A DNA stretch of 64,000 nt from Halocafeteria seosinensis. Lineage: Eukaryota. How positions within the stretch are numbered: position 1 is the stretch's first letter; every line of letters begins with the position of its first letter. Below the pieces are notes generated by a model, which worked only from the letters and a program-made list of their open reading frames with translations, had not been told where the DNA came from and searched no databases. Below, piece after piece: positions 47,778-59,112 of the stretch. The translations under genes were made by a program, and so were the position numbers. Location of the stretch: positions 186,001 through 250,000 of the forward strand of contig LVLI01000202.1 of assembly GCA_001687465.1 (NCBI GenBank), written 5' to 3'.

Positions 47778-48665
47778 TGCAAGCTACCCACGCCATGCTC
47801 TGCAGTACGCTGCCACAAACCTATACATCGGTAAAAGTGTGTACAACTTGCTTGAAGAGGACTAGTTGTGGTATGGCCGTTAACACTGTGAAGGTAAACT
47901 AACTTAGGATGGTAAATTGCTCTACCGAGGTATGCAATTGCATTGTTGATTCCCTTTGCACGACGATCGCATATTCGTATTTGAGAAAGAATAAAGAGTG
48001 TTTTATTGGACTTTGTACCGTTGTACGAGGGCGAGAGAGCGGAATGGGCAGTCCACTCTATTATATAGAGTCTCTATACCGGCATTGCTCGTCGTACGAA
48101 GATATCCACGAACCCTTTCTTCTCATATGAGGCAGGTCTACTTCTCGTTAAACTTAAGCATTATTTTAGGTGCCATAACGTAAAATGCAATGTACTACCA
48201 CCCTTGTTTAAGATCATCCCACTGCATTGCATCTTTACAGACTTCCCTCGACGATCACAATGGTCGAGCGATTCAACCTGTGGACCAAAGCCTACCACCT
48301 GCAACACTGCACATTCATTAGCCTACACTGTGACCGGCTACATATTGCCTTATAAGCTACAAATTGTACAATATAGTCTGTGTAGCAGGACTTTCCAGCG
48401 GCTTGACTCACTGAACCACTTGGTCGCGAACTTCACAAAGCCCGCCTCGTTTTGGCGCGTCGGATTCTTTCCGTATACAGAGCTATTATGGTTGCTTTTT
48501 GCTAGATTGGCGATGAATACCCACAGGAGAGAGTGTCTGCTTAGCCATACACACTAGAAGTGGATAGCATCGCCGTTATTCATCACTGAATAGCAGCATC
48601 AGCAACTTCAACTTCCCAACGGAAATTAGTTGTGCGTACATACATAAGAGTGTTTCATCCTCAAG

Positions 48666-51600
48666 ATGACAGGCTCAGACGATAGGAGTGCTGCTCGTAG
48701 TGGCGCGCTGACAAAATTGCAGCGCAAAGTCCAAGCTAAACTAATCGAGACTCGGCCGAGACTGGAGACGTTCTTTGTGGTGAGTCCTCATCATCGACCA
48801 GCAGGCCTCGGTCAAACATGTTCACGCATGCCATCATCTGCTGATTTTCTACATGGTACAGGCTTTTGATGAGATTCACCGGAAGAAAGTGAGCCTATCT
48901 CAAGCAGCTCGGGCTTTGAACATGCTTGGAGTCAACGTGACAGACGAAGATATGAAGGAACTAGAAGCGTATTGTGATGCTAATGGGGAGTTCCAATATC
49001 AAATCTTTTCGGACGAGATGAACAAAGGTGAGTGATTCCGATCTTAGGAATTTCCTACACTTCGCCAAGATAATAGATGACTTGCTGCAGTTCTGGATGC
49101 TCCTGACGAGGAAATAGATAACTACACCCAGCCGCTGTACGAGAAGGGTATCCACGCTTGGGGCACGCATTCATTTAGCGAGCAAGAACAAGAGGAACTC
49201 GAGAAGGCGATGCGGGTCTGCGCAAGGGAAACCCACGAACGGAAGTTGCTGGTGAAGCCAATATTCCAAGATTTCGACAAGAATAGGTGGGGCTTTGTTC
49301 CCCGAAGAGTATTCCTCCGCCAGTTACTCGGACTATACAGGTCCATGACAGAACATCAAGGAAAGCTCATTGAAAAGAGGTATCTGAGCGATGAAGGCAC
49401 GGATGTTAATTACAGAGCCTTTATAAGCGACTTACACGAACGAGAGCGAGAGTTCCAGGGGGACAAGAGAACGGAAACTAGCCCTTTGAGAAACTTCTCA
49501 CCTAAGAAAGATGCACATGGTGACACATCTACTAAATTCCCAAAACAGCCTCGTACTGCAGAAGATGCTAAACAGATGGTGCTATCTGACTTTATAAGAC
49601 GCCGTGTAAACGTTCGAGATTTCTTCATAGACTTCGATCCTTTAAACAAGGGGATATGCGAACACTCCCAATTCCAGCGTGGATTAAAAGCTTCGGGAAT
49701 AGAGCTTGGAGAGACTCCTCATATAACTCTATCTTTACTGGCGGATGAGTACTTGGATGAAGCATCCGGCAAAGTGCGGTATGCGGACTTTTGTGACTGG
49801 TTGGAATCAGTATTTCACACCCAGGGCTTAGAAAGAGCACCAACAGTTTCTTTTGATGACAGCGCGAAAACGCGAATCAACGCTGCGCTTCATCAGGGAG
49901 ATGGTCTGCCTTCTCGTACGGACGAGACTACNGAAAAAGTTCTCAAGTGGATCCGCCGTAAAGTCCAAACCGAGCGGATCGAGCTTGTCCCCTATTTCCA
50001 GTGTTTTGACACCACGAATGAGAACTGCATTACTTCGGCTCAATTTCAACGCGTGTTGTCTCAGCTGAGTCTGTTGCCTTCGGAAAAGGAGGAGCTAGAC
50101 GCACTTCTCAACACTTATCGGCAGAGAAGCAAGATTGGCAATCATGTTAACTGGCGCAGGTTCACAAACGATGTTGATAAAGTACCGCAGAGCTCCTCTA
50201 CCAACATATTAGGAAGCAGTACAAGCATGTCGCAAGGGAGAATCACTCCTAGACGTGGAATTTCCCCAGAGCAGGCACTCCACAAGGTAAAGAGACATGT
50301 TCAACAAAATCAGCTTCGCATCAAAGACTTTATTGGTGATTTCGACCGGGTGCATGAAGGTCTCATATCTCGCCAAGCTCTTTGCTCTGCATTCTCACTC
50401 ACGGGCTTGTCTTTGAAGGAGGAAGAGGTAGAAGCGTTATGTCGTCCCTTCGAGAGTACAGCAGCTCATGACAGCGCTGGGAACTGCTTGATCCGGTGGA
50501 GTGACTTGGTGAAGTACATTGATCCTATTGAAGACAGTGACGAAGTACCGTCGATCCAAACCCTGTCTTTGCAGTCTGGGCGCCAAATAGAATCCACACT
50601 CCGACAAGAGGGGCAGACAAGATTCAATGAGAGTGAACTGGAGCAACTGAAAGTGCTCATGCAAAGGCTGAGCTTCGAAGTGAAGTCCCAGGGCACCATC
50701 ATTCGCCCATTTTTTCAGGACTTTGACAAGCACCGTCACGGGACCGTAGTTCCGTCCCGATTCTTTCGGGCTTGTGCAATGCTGAAGTTTGATCTGCGTC
50801 CACATGACCATGATTTGTTGTACAAGGCATTCCATACACCTGGGAAGGGCGGAGACGAGATGTCTTATGAGTGGTTCGTTTCTGCTTGCGAGAGCGACCC
50901 AGAAATGTTTTGCGACGAATTAAACGAGACCCCTCAAGGTGTACCACTTACAATGGATAGCTGTGCACGAGTGATGGAAAAAATTAGTGCTCGCACTAAG
51001 CCAGCCGCGAAAGGAAGGCAAAATGTTCCAACGAGACAGTCAACCCAGGCCTCCAACAAAACGTTTGAACGAGATGCTAAGGAAGTCTTGGAACAACTGC
51101 GGGGTCTATGTCGAGAGAAAGGAGTATTGCTGAAGGAGCACTGCCGGGACTTCGATCCTCTTCGTCTTGGAAGGATGACAAAGGCAAAGTTCTACTCCGC
51201 CCTCTCGATGGCATGTGTTTATCTCAGCGATGCTGACGTTAAGACCCTTGCGGATGCTTACCAGGCTGACGAAGATTCTAACATGGTGTATTGGCATGAC
51301 ATTGTGGCCTATGTCGATGAACATGACGAGCATTTAGAACGGGATCCACAAGGAAAGAGGAGAGATACACAGTCTCCGTCGCGTAGCGCTACGCTTTCTC
51401 CTAAGACTACCAAGAGGACCGCAGAGGAGGACACTGAGGTGGAAAAGATCCTGGACTACATCAAGTCTAATGTCGTTTCCAAACGAATCAACTTCAAACC
51501 TCGCTTCCGTGATTTCGATCGGCTTCGTCGCAACGTGATACACCGGTCGAAGTTCATGATGGTGCTGGATACTGAACCCGGTCTCCGTTTAGAGTCTCAC

Positions 51601-51699
51601 GAACTCACTAAGACGGCAGACGCGTTTGCTTGCAGCAAGAATGAAGTCAGCTATATGCCGTTTCTTCGACGAATTGATCCTGAATTGGAGCAGACGTAA
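48666..51699 (+). CDS. Multi-EF-hand protein with eight DFD modules (FAP115/EFCAB6-like)
   Basis: Three exons; eight repeats of F.DFD...G.v...F...l...L...y...v.y/w..F. Confidence 0.75.
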
Positions 51700-52220
51700 C
51701 GTATTCTTTTCCGCCCGTCAGTTCGTTATCCAACAGTAGACTGATAGCACACTCCACAATGAGGTTGCTTTCCTTTTATTCCAGCTTTTCACTGGAGGGA
51801 TAACTACAACCGGCCTCACTTGGGTTTCGCATAATTGACTTGACAACAGTGGAAGTTTTCGGTGTTAACTTCCAAGCAAATCCTTGTCCGTCCAAGACAA
51901 TAAATATCACACGTTGTCACTCAAGTGTGCTATCCTTTCATAACCTAATACTTTCGAGTTTCCTCGGGATAAGAGTCTTGGCCGTTCGTCTAGCGTGGTT
52001 TCAGGACGAGGTTCAACGTTTGGTCTTCTTGCGTGCGTTGCCAACGCTATGATTCGCGTTTCCTAAGTCGCCGAATTGATTGTTGCATTCCCAACGCATT
52101 TTCCATGTTTCATGAGGAGGTTCCTGGATATACCCGAGTGTTTTGTGTCTTTGACGGCTTTCTTTTCCCAAAATTTTTGTCTTGCAAATAGGTGGCAAAC
52201 GTGTCCCGTGAGCACGAGAG

Positions 52221-54882
52221 ATGGGAGGCCGTCGTTCGTCCAGGAAAAAGGCTAAAAGAAAGAGCAGTGAGGAGGAGCAGGAGGAGGAGCCGGCTGAGGG
52301 CGTTCTCAGTGAAGAAGATGAGGGGAAGCTTTTCCATGCCTGTGAGGTGGGCGACACGGGGTTTGTCCAGCAGTTGATTAATAAACTACCCTTGGGAAAG
52401 AAGCTGGCGGTCAACAACATCAGAAATGATGTAGGTGCTCTGGAAACATTCCTATGCGCGGCGCCTCCAGATAGAATGGTTCCATTGTCTACTGCAGGAG
52501 GGTTATACCCCGCTTCATATTGCGGCCTATTCTGGTGATTTGGAGATCACTCGGCTGCTCATTCGGAGAGGAATCTCCAATGCGAACGACTGCAAAAACG
52601 TACGTGGGATTGTATTGGATATGGCATATGGTGACTTAACACGTCCCCGGGGTCCCTATTCACAGGACCGATCGGTTACCCCGCTGCATTATGCTGCGTT
52701 TAAGGGCGATTCCGCGATTTTGAGACTGCTTCTCGAAGAAGGAAACGGCACACCGCTTCAGTTTGACAGCGTACGTAGAACGGACATAGTCACTGTCAAC
52801 TATGCTCCTTACTGTGTCGGTGCTTTCTCCAGAAAGGATATTCACCAATTCACAGTGCAATAGCTGGCAACTGCCCCGACACAGCAGTTTTACTGATAAA
52901 GGAAGCGGATGTTGATCCTAATTTAAATTGCATGGTTCGTTCTCTTTATGTATGTCGACGTACACCGAAGTGGAGACCGGGGGAATCTGTTTGGTTTGCA
53001 GTCTGCGGAAGGTGAAACACCTCTCCATTTAGCATGCCGACTGGGATTTTATGACGCGGCGGAGAAACTTCAAGACGCAGGGGCAGACGTTCGCGCAACT
53101 GATAATGTAAGCCCGATGTAAAGCGCGTCTGAGTGGTGTGTTTTGTATCCCCTCGATCTTTTTGAATAATACCCAGAAGTCGAGATGCGTCCTTCACTAT
53201 ATGCTTCTTAAAGCTGATACTGAGGCTGTGAAATCTGTCATCGAGCGTCTAAAGTTGGACCCGTCCGAGCCTCTTTATGTACGTACACTTTGGATACCTG
53301 AGTTTCTCCGTTGGAACACATAGTTTTGTGGGTTTGGTGGCTACAGAATGGATATACCCCACTGCAGCTCTGTGCAACAGAACTTAAGCTTTCTATGATG
53401 AAGTTGCTCATAGAGTACTTCAACCAGGACCCGTTGGAAGAAGATAGTGTAGGTAGCATTCTCCTTGTGCCCTTTGAGGTTCCTCGATTGAACACGAGAT
53501 CGTGCGCACTTCAGGACGGTGATAATGCTTTGCATTTAGTATGCGATGAGGGTGGACTCTCCGAAGTGAAGTATTTGGTACAAAAGCAAGGAATGGATCC
53601 TACTCGGCAAACGAAGGTAAGGGTATATCGTGAGAGTGAATGTCTACCCTTGGTCTCATGCTACCTCTCACGTGTAACAGCATGGGTCTACGCCGTTGGC
53701 CATCGCTGCGGAGGCAGGACATGCTGCTCTTGTCCAGTATCTACTTTCCAATTTTGATATAGACGTCAACCAAAAGGATAAAGTAAGCGCAGGGGTACTT
53801 GTCTTATGTGATTCTAATTGCCACGTTAGCATCTTGCGCTACAGGATGGTGACACGCCGTTACATTCTGCAAGCCGTAAAGGACATTTGGCAGTGGTCAA
53901 ACTGCTGGTAGGTACTGGAAAAGCGGACATAGAAGCAAAAAACAAAGTGCGTTTTCTTTTCGCAACCAATGGAAACATGTCCAGGGGCTGAAGCAGCATG
54001 ATTGTTTCGTTTGCTCTCCTCCAGGCCAAGCGGACGTGTATTGACGAAGCCAGGGTGAATAAGAAAAAGCAAACTCTACAATTTCTAGAAAAATCGCGCC
54101 CAGCGACTGTCCCGAAAAATAGTACAAATGGAGGTTCCATCGCTCTTTCGACGATTTCGCGTGAGATCTACAATTGCTTGGCTTGGGACGACGCTCGACA
54201 AACTACGTCGTCCACTACGACGACCGCCGTTGCTTCCGCCCATAGCTCTACTACCAGTAGTTCGGACGATACCAGTAGAGCAACCTCACAAGTTAACGGC
54301 GGCGAATCGTCATCAGCTCGAGAGACTTCCTCGCGTTTATCCGCAGCGGATAACGGCCAGATCAATGAGCACAGGGAAGGGGGAATAATGACAATAGTAG
54401 ATCCAGCGTTGGATACCGATCGGTACACCACACCGATCGCAGCCAATCCACGACAGCAACGTCAAGCAGCAACAACTGGTGCTATCTCAGACCGACGCAG
54501 CATAGCTCCAACTACTAACCCGGCTCATGTACTGAGGAATAAACTTACCGAGCTCAAGGAGGTGATCGGTGAGTTACAACTTGACAAACAATGCCCACGT
54601 TTTTGTCGCTGCTTTCATAGCCGCAAGGTTATGACTGATCCTGTAGTGGCCTGTGATGGATATTCTTACGAACGAAATGACATACTCGAGTGGTTGGATA
54701 GCCACGAGACGTCTCCAGTCACTGGAGAGTTACTGTCAGAGACATTATTGTATCCCAACCACCAGCTTCGATTACAAATATTGCAATGGGTCGAAGAAAC
54801 ACTAGCAGAAGCGAAGCGAAGGCAACGGGCTGAAAATGAGCAAAAATGTAGCACGGGGAGAAAGAGAGCCCGTTCCTTTTAA
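52221..54882 (+). CDS. Ankyrin-repeat + U-box protein, paralogue 1
   Basis: Exons 52221-52430, 52498-52599, 52666-52770, 52833-52934, 53002-53106, 53177-53278, 53347-53448, 53515-53616, 53681-53782, 53845-53946, 54025-54882; G.TPLH repeats; U-box VMTDPVVACDGYSYER..ILEWL..HETSPVTGE.L....LYPNHQLR. Confidence 0.9.
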
Positions 54883-55099
54883 TAGTGACACACACAGAGT
54901 CCCGTGGGTAGGAAACGCGGTATAGGTCCAACCGCGTCAGGACAGAGGTACCGACAAGCAAGTATGCTTGCAAGGGCGCCCATGGTTTTGAATTCGACGG
55001 AACACGAAGGTGACTTGTTAACTGCTGGACGTTCCGGTGATGCGAGAAGGCCTCGACAATATCAGTTTAGGCTATCGATTACAATGGTTTGACCGGACC

Positions 55100-58000
55100 T
55101 TATTTTCCCTTTTGCCTGGCCTTGGCATTGGGAAGTTTCTTGTCTTTCGACTCCTCGATGTCTTTCTCTTTGTAGTAATGCGGCGCTATTTCTACAAGCC
55201 ACTCAGGCCTGATCGCAATAATTTGCCGCATGAACTCTTTTGTTGTTTGTACGAGCTCATGGAAAACAACCCACTTTGGAGGCGGCGATGCATCCTCCTC
55301 CTTCCGGAAGAGACACGAACTTGGGTGGATATCCACTGTGTGAGCGTTCTTGATTGTACGGTATGAACCGCTTTTCTGCAGCTTCGCAGTGTGAAAGAAA
55401 AACCCAGCTGTAATTGCTTTAGCAATGCTGTCCATATCATTAGCGTTGGACGTTATAGGGATCTCAACACGTTCGCACAGACCCGCTAGCTGTTCGCGGA
55501 TATCTTCGGCGCGTTTAAGGCTCTTCGCTTGGACAAAATTTTCGTAGCACCATTGGTCACTCTTCCCTGCATCCTTCCACTGGTTGAACACCTTCATTAA
55601 CGCCACATGGTCTCCCGGTGCTCCACGTGCGAAGGCTAGCCTTGCGTTGTCCGCATGTACGGCGTTTTCCTTAGGTCTATAATACACACTGTTGGACACA
55701 TCCAACATCGCCGCAATAGTAATAGCTTCATCTACACACTCGTACGAAGCGCTAGCGATGATCATTTTGCTAATCATGGGATCACAAGGAAATTCAGCCA
55801 TCCGCCTTCCAAGCTTTGTAAGTTCCCCTTTATCATTCAAGGCTCCCAGAGCGTACAGTTGTTCCAAAGCTCGCTTCAGGGTCTCCGAAGGAGGCTTATC
55901 CATAAAGTCGAAATGAAGCAAATCATGGATACCGAGAGATTTCAACATAAGTACAACATTCGTAAGGTTAGTTCGCAATATCTCGGGAATACTATCGTCG
56001 TTTAGTTCATGCTCAAAACTCCACTTCGTGTACAATCGAAAACATTTACCCGGGGATGTTCGCCCTGCCCGTCCAGCGCGTTGGGAAGCGGAGGCCTTGG
56101 AGATGGGTACAACTTGGAGGCTCTCCATTGTCGTCCGAGGATTAAACGATTTCTGCTTGCAAAATCCCGTATCAACGACATACTTGATGCCATCTATAGT
56201 TAGTGAAGTCTCCGCTATATTCGTCGCGACGACGACTTTCCTAGCTTTCTCGGGAGTGGGTTCGAAAATCTTTGCCTGTTGCTCAGAAGGCAGAGTACTG
56301 TATACTGGAAGGACAATCAGCTCGTTGATCTTGCTTCCAAGCCTCTTGATCCGATCTTCGAGTTTCTGGCAACAGTCTTCAATCTCAGCTTGCCCAGGAG
56401 CAAACACTAGGATATCTCCAGGAAGAGGCTGAGTAATGTGAACTTGCATACAGGTTACCACCGCTGCTTCAATAAAATCCGCTTCAGGGGCTGTAGTGTA
56501 CATTATGTCCACCGGGTATCTTCTCCCGGGAATATTGTATATGGGCGCGTCATCAAAATATTCCGAGAATTTGTCAGCATCCATCGTAGCTGAGGAGATA
56601 ATAATCTTAATATCGCTGCGGTACCTTGCAATATCCTTCACGAGTCCAAGCAATACGTCCGTGTGGAGCGTTCTCTCATGTGCCTCATCAATAATTAGCA
56701 CGGAGTATGACCGCAGGTCAGGCTCCGTTAGAAATTCTCTCAGCAACATTCCATCAGTCATGTATTTCATAATAGTTTTATCTGAAGTACAGTCTTCAAA
56801 ACGAATACAGTACCCAACTTCGTGACCAAGCTTGGAATCCATCTCCTCAGCAACTCGGGCAGCAACGCTCATCGCCGCTACGCGCCTGGGTTGTGTGCAG
56901 CCTATTTTACCGAGTTGCGTATATCCCACTTCATGCAGATACTGCGGGATTTGCGTTGTCTTTCCCGAACCTGTTTCTCCAACTACAACCATAACTTGAT
57001 GTGCAGCAATGGCCTCCAGCAAATCATCCCTAAACGAAAAAATGGGTAAAGATTCTCTCGTTTCTTGCAAAGATTTTTTCTTCTCCTCCTTCTTCTCTTT
57101 TTGCTGTTGCGCAAGATCCTCCTCTACTTCTAATCCGAGCCTGCGTTTAAGCTCATTCATATCCAGTTCAACATTCTCAAGCTCTTCTGGATCAATGTCT
57201 CCGTTGTCTTCTCCCCTTTCCTTTTGCTGTTCCCGTTTGTGATCCTTCATTTTTTGCGTAACGTTGGCGATCTGCTTGTCATCTTCTGACGAAAATGCCG
57301 CGGCCGCTTCTTTTATTAAGTGTTCTGGATATTCTTTGAACAGCCTCCCTCCCAAAGCTTCATTTAGTCCAGCCAGAACATTTGAAGAAACAAATTCGAT
57401 TTGGTCGTCCACAACGAAATCATACCCAGCATTAGGATCAACATCTTTACCCCTTTTCGTCAGCTGTTGTTCCTTTCCTTTTTTCGCTTTCTTTAACTGG
57501 TGTTCCTCCCACCTTTGATGCTCAGACATTGATTTTTCGTCATCTTTATAACGGGCATGCAGCACTTCCTCTTTTTTCTTCAGATTCCGCTTCTTTTTGC
57601 GAGCATCTTCATATTCTTCAGGTAAACGATATCCTTCGTCATCCTCCACTTCCCTACTGCTAATCCTGCTGGACGCAAGTTCGTATATTTTCTTGTTGAT
57701 TTCATGGGTCTTTCTTTCTTCTTCAGTCAAATTCTCCTTTGCCAGCATCTTTTCCTCGAACTCAATAGAGTCCTTGAGCAGTTGTAACTGTTGAGGCTCC
57801 CTACGTTCGAAGAACTTTCGACGCGCCTCCTTTCTGAGAATAGGAGTTATTTTCTCTTGCATGTGCTTCGGCAGCTTGCTGACATCTGCTTGTTCCCATA
57901 GTCCCTCCAGCGTTTCCTCTTCTCTCTGCTTACCACTCTTTGCCCCCGCCCCTTTTTTCTTTGTCTTCTCCGAATCCTTTTGTCGCAATCGCTCTTCAAA

Positions 58001-58708
58001 CTCTTCTTTTTCCTTCTTATCCTTTTCCCTTTCACTTTCAGCTTTTTCGTACTCATCTTCGCTATCAGTATCTTCATCAGCGTACCGTCCCAGTTTGCTC
58101 GTCTTCGTGTCTGCTTGGTTGTCGTGTGTGTCTTCCTCCTTCGCTGACAACCTACTATGTTTCTGAGGTCCTTCATCTTCGTATAGATGCCTCAATCGCT
58201 CAGACACTTCCTTCCTCTCGGTATCGTCATCATCTTCTACTTCGTCTTTCCCAGCTCTTCGTAAATGCTTCTTATGCTTCTTTTTGTCGCTTGATCCAGA
58301 CTTTGAACCACCCTCGGAGCTTTTAGTCTGTCTCTGTTCAGATTTCTTTCGCCTTCCCATGTCAACATCAGCATCATCCTCATCCTCGATCAAACTGTAC
58401 CGTGCGCTCTTCTTCCTCAATTCCGTCTCAGAAGGCTCCTTTGGTGCCTGGGTCTTCTTCCTGGAAGGTGCTTGGGACTTCTTCTGGTGGCGTTTCGCTC
58501 TTCTAAACACTTCAGACGCGAATGATTGAGCTCGCGAAGATTGCATAGGAACACCACTGTCCTCTAATTTCTCTCTAAACTCGGCCTCCGAACCGCATTC
58601 GGACGCCAAAACGACCACATATTCGGCCGTGACATCTTCACTGTACCCCAGCAAGGAATGCAAGGAATCAGACACGTATTGCTGCAAGGACGACGACGAC
58701 GACGACAT
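55100..58708 (-). CDS. DHX16: DEAH-box splicing helicase DHX16/PRP2
   Basis: N-terminal [10 protein letters not shown] domain, [53 protein letters not shown]; intronless. Confidence 0.93.
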   Translation of the reverse strand: MSSSSSSLQQYVSDSLHSLLGYSEDVTAEYVVVLASECGSEAEFREKLEDSGVPMQSSRAQSFASEVFRRAKRHQKKSQAPSRKKTQAPKEPSETELRKKSARYSLIEDEDDADVDMGRRKKSEQRQTKSSEGGSKSGSSDKKKHKKHLRRAGKDEVEDDDDTERKEVSERLRHLYEDEGPQKHSRLSAKEEDTHDNQADTKTSKLGRYADEDTDSEDEYEKAESEREKDKKEKEEFEERLRQKDSEKTKKKGAGAKSGKQREEETLEGLWEQADVSKLPKHMQEKITPILRKEARRKFFERREPQQLQLLKDSIEFEEKMLAKENLTEEERKTHEINKKIYELASSRISSREVEDDEGYRLPEEYEDARKKKRNLKKKEEVLHARYKDDEKSMSEHQRWEEHQLKKAKKGKEQQLTKRGKDVDPNAGYDFVVDDQIEFVSSNVLAGLNEALGGRLFKEYPEHLIKEAAAAFSSEDDKQIANVTQKMKDHKREQQKERGEDNGDIDPEELENVELDMNELKRRLGLEVEEDLAQQQKEKKEEKKKSLQETRESLPIFSFRDDLLEAIAAHQVMVVVGETGSGKTTQIPQYLHEVGYTQLGKIGCTQPRRVAAMSVAARVAEEMDSKLGHEVGYCIRFEDCTSDKTIMKYMTDGMLLREFLTEPDLRSYSVLIIDEAHERTLHTDVLLGLVKDIARYRSDIKIIISSATMDADKFSEYFDDAPIYNIPGRRYPVDIMYTTAPEADFIEAAVVTCMQVHITQPLPGDILVFAPGQAEIEDCCQKLEDRIKRLGSKINELIVLPVYSTLPSEQQAKIFEPTPEKARKVVVATNIAETSLTIDGIKYVVDTGFCKQKSFNPRTTMESLQVVPISKASASQRAGRAGRTSPGKCFRLYTKWSFEHELNDDSIPEILRTNLTNVVLMLKSLGIHDLLHFDFMDKPPSETLKRALEQLYALGALNDKGELTKLGRRMAEFPCDPMISKMIIASASYECVDEAITIAAMLDVSNSVYYRPKENAVHADNARLAFARGAPGDHVALMKVFNQWKDAGKSDQWCYENFVQAKSLKRAEDIREQLAGLCERVEIPITSNANDMDSIAKAITAGFFFHTAKLQKSGSYRTIKNAHTVDIHPSSCLFRKEEDASPPPKWVVFHELVQTTKEFMRQIIAIRPEWLVEIAPHYYKEKDIEESKDKKLPNAKARQKGK

Positions 58709-59112
58709 TATTTGTTGTTCGCCGCAGCACCACAAGCAAACAGACGACAGTATCAACCAAACAATCAACCAAAAAATTCGTCAGAACGTCGTGTACAATC
58801 GAAGTCAATGTGATTGGCTTCCAGGCTTTCCAAGAGTCGACGAAAAGATTGTTCTCCTGTTTGAAGGCGTCCAACGCCACCTGGCTTTCCATGGCTATAC
58901 CGCATACATGGGAGTACTATTGGCATTGTAGCGAGGTGCGGTTGCATGTTTTCATACACTGTTGTCGTCGTGCTTGCGTGGGATCTTCATCTCTTTCCAT
59001 AAGAGGCAGATTTGCGGCATCGTGTAAATCTCGGCAAGCCGCGTTTGTGTACATTTATGTCTTAAAGACGACAATGTATACATACACGACTTGGCGCCAG
59101 CTTACCAAAGGG

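Noticed and set aside
49932..49932. Ambiguous base N in the EF-hand gene
   Set aside because: Third position of an ACN codon (Thr regardless); the frame is intact, so not a frameshift or recoding site.
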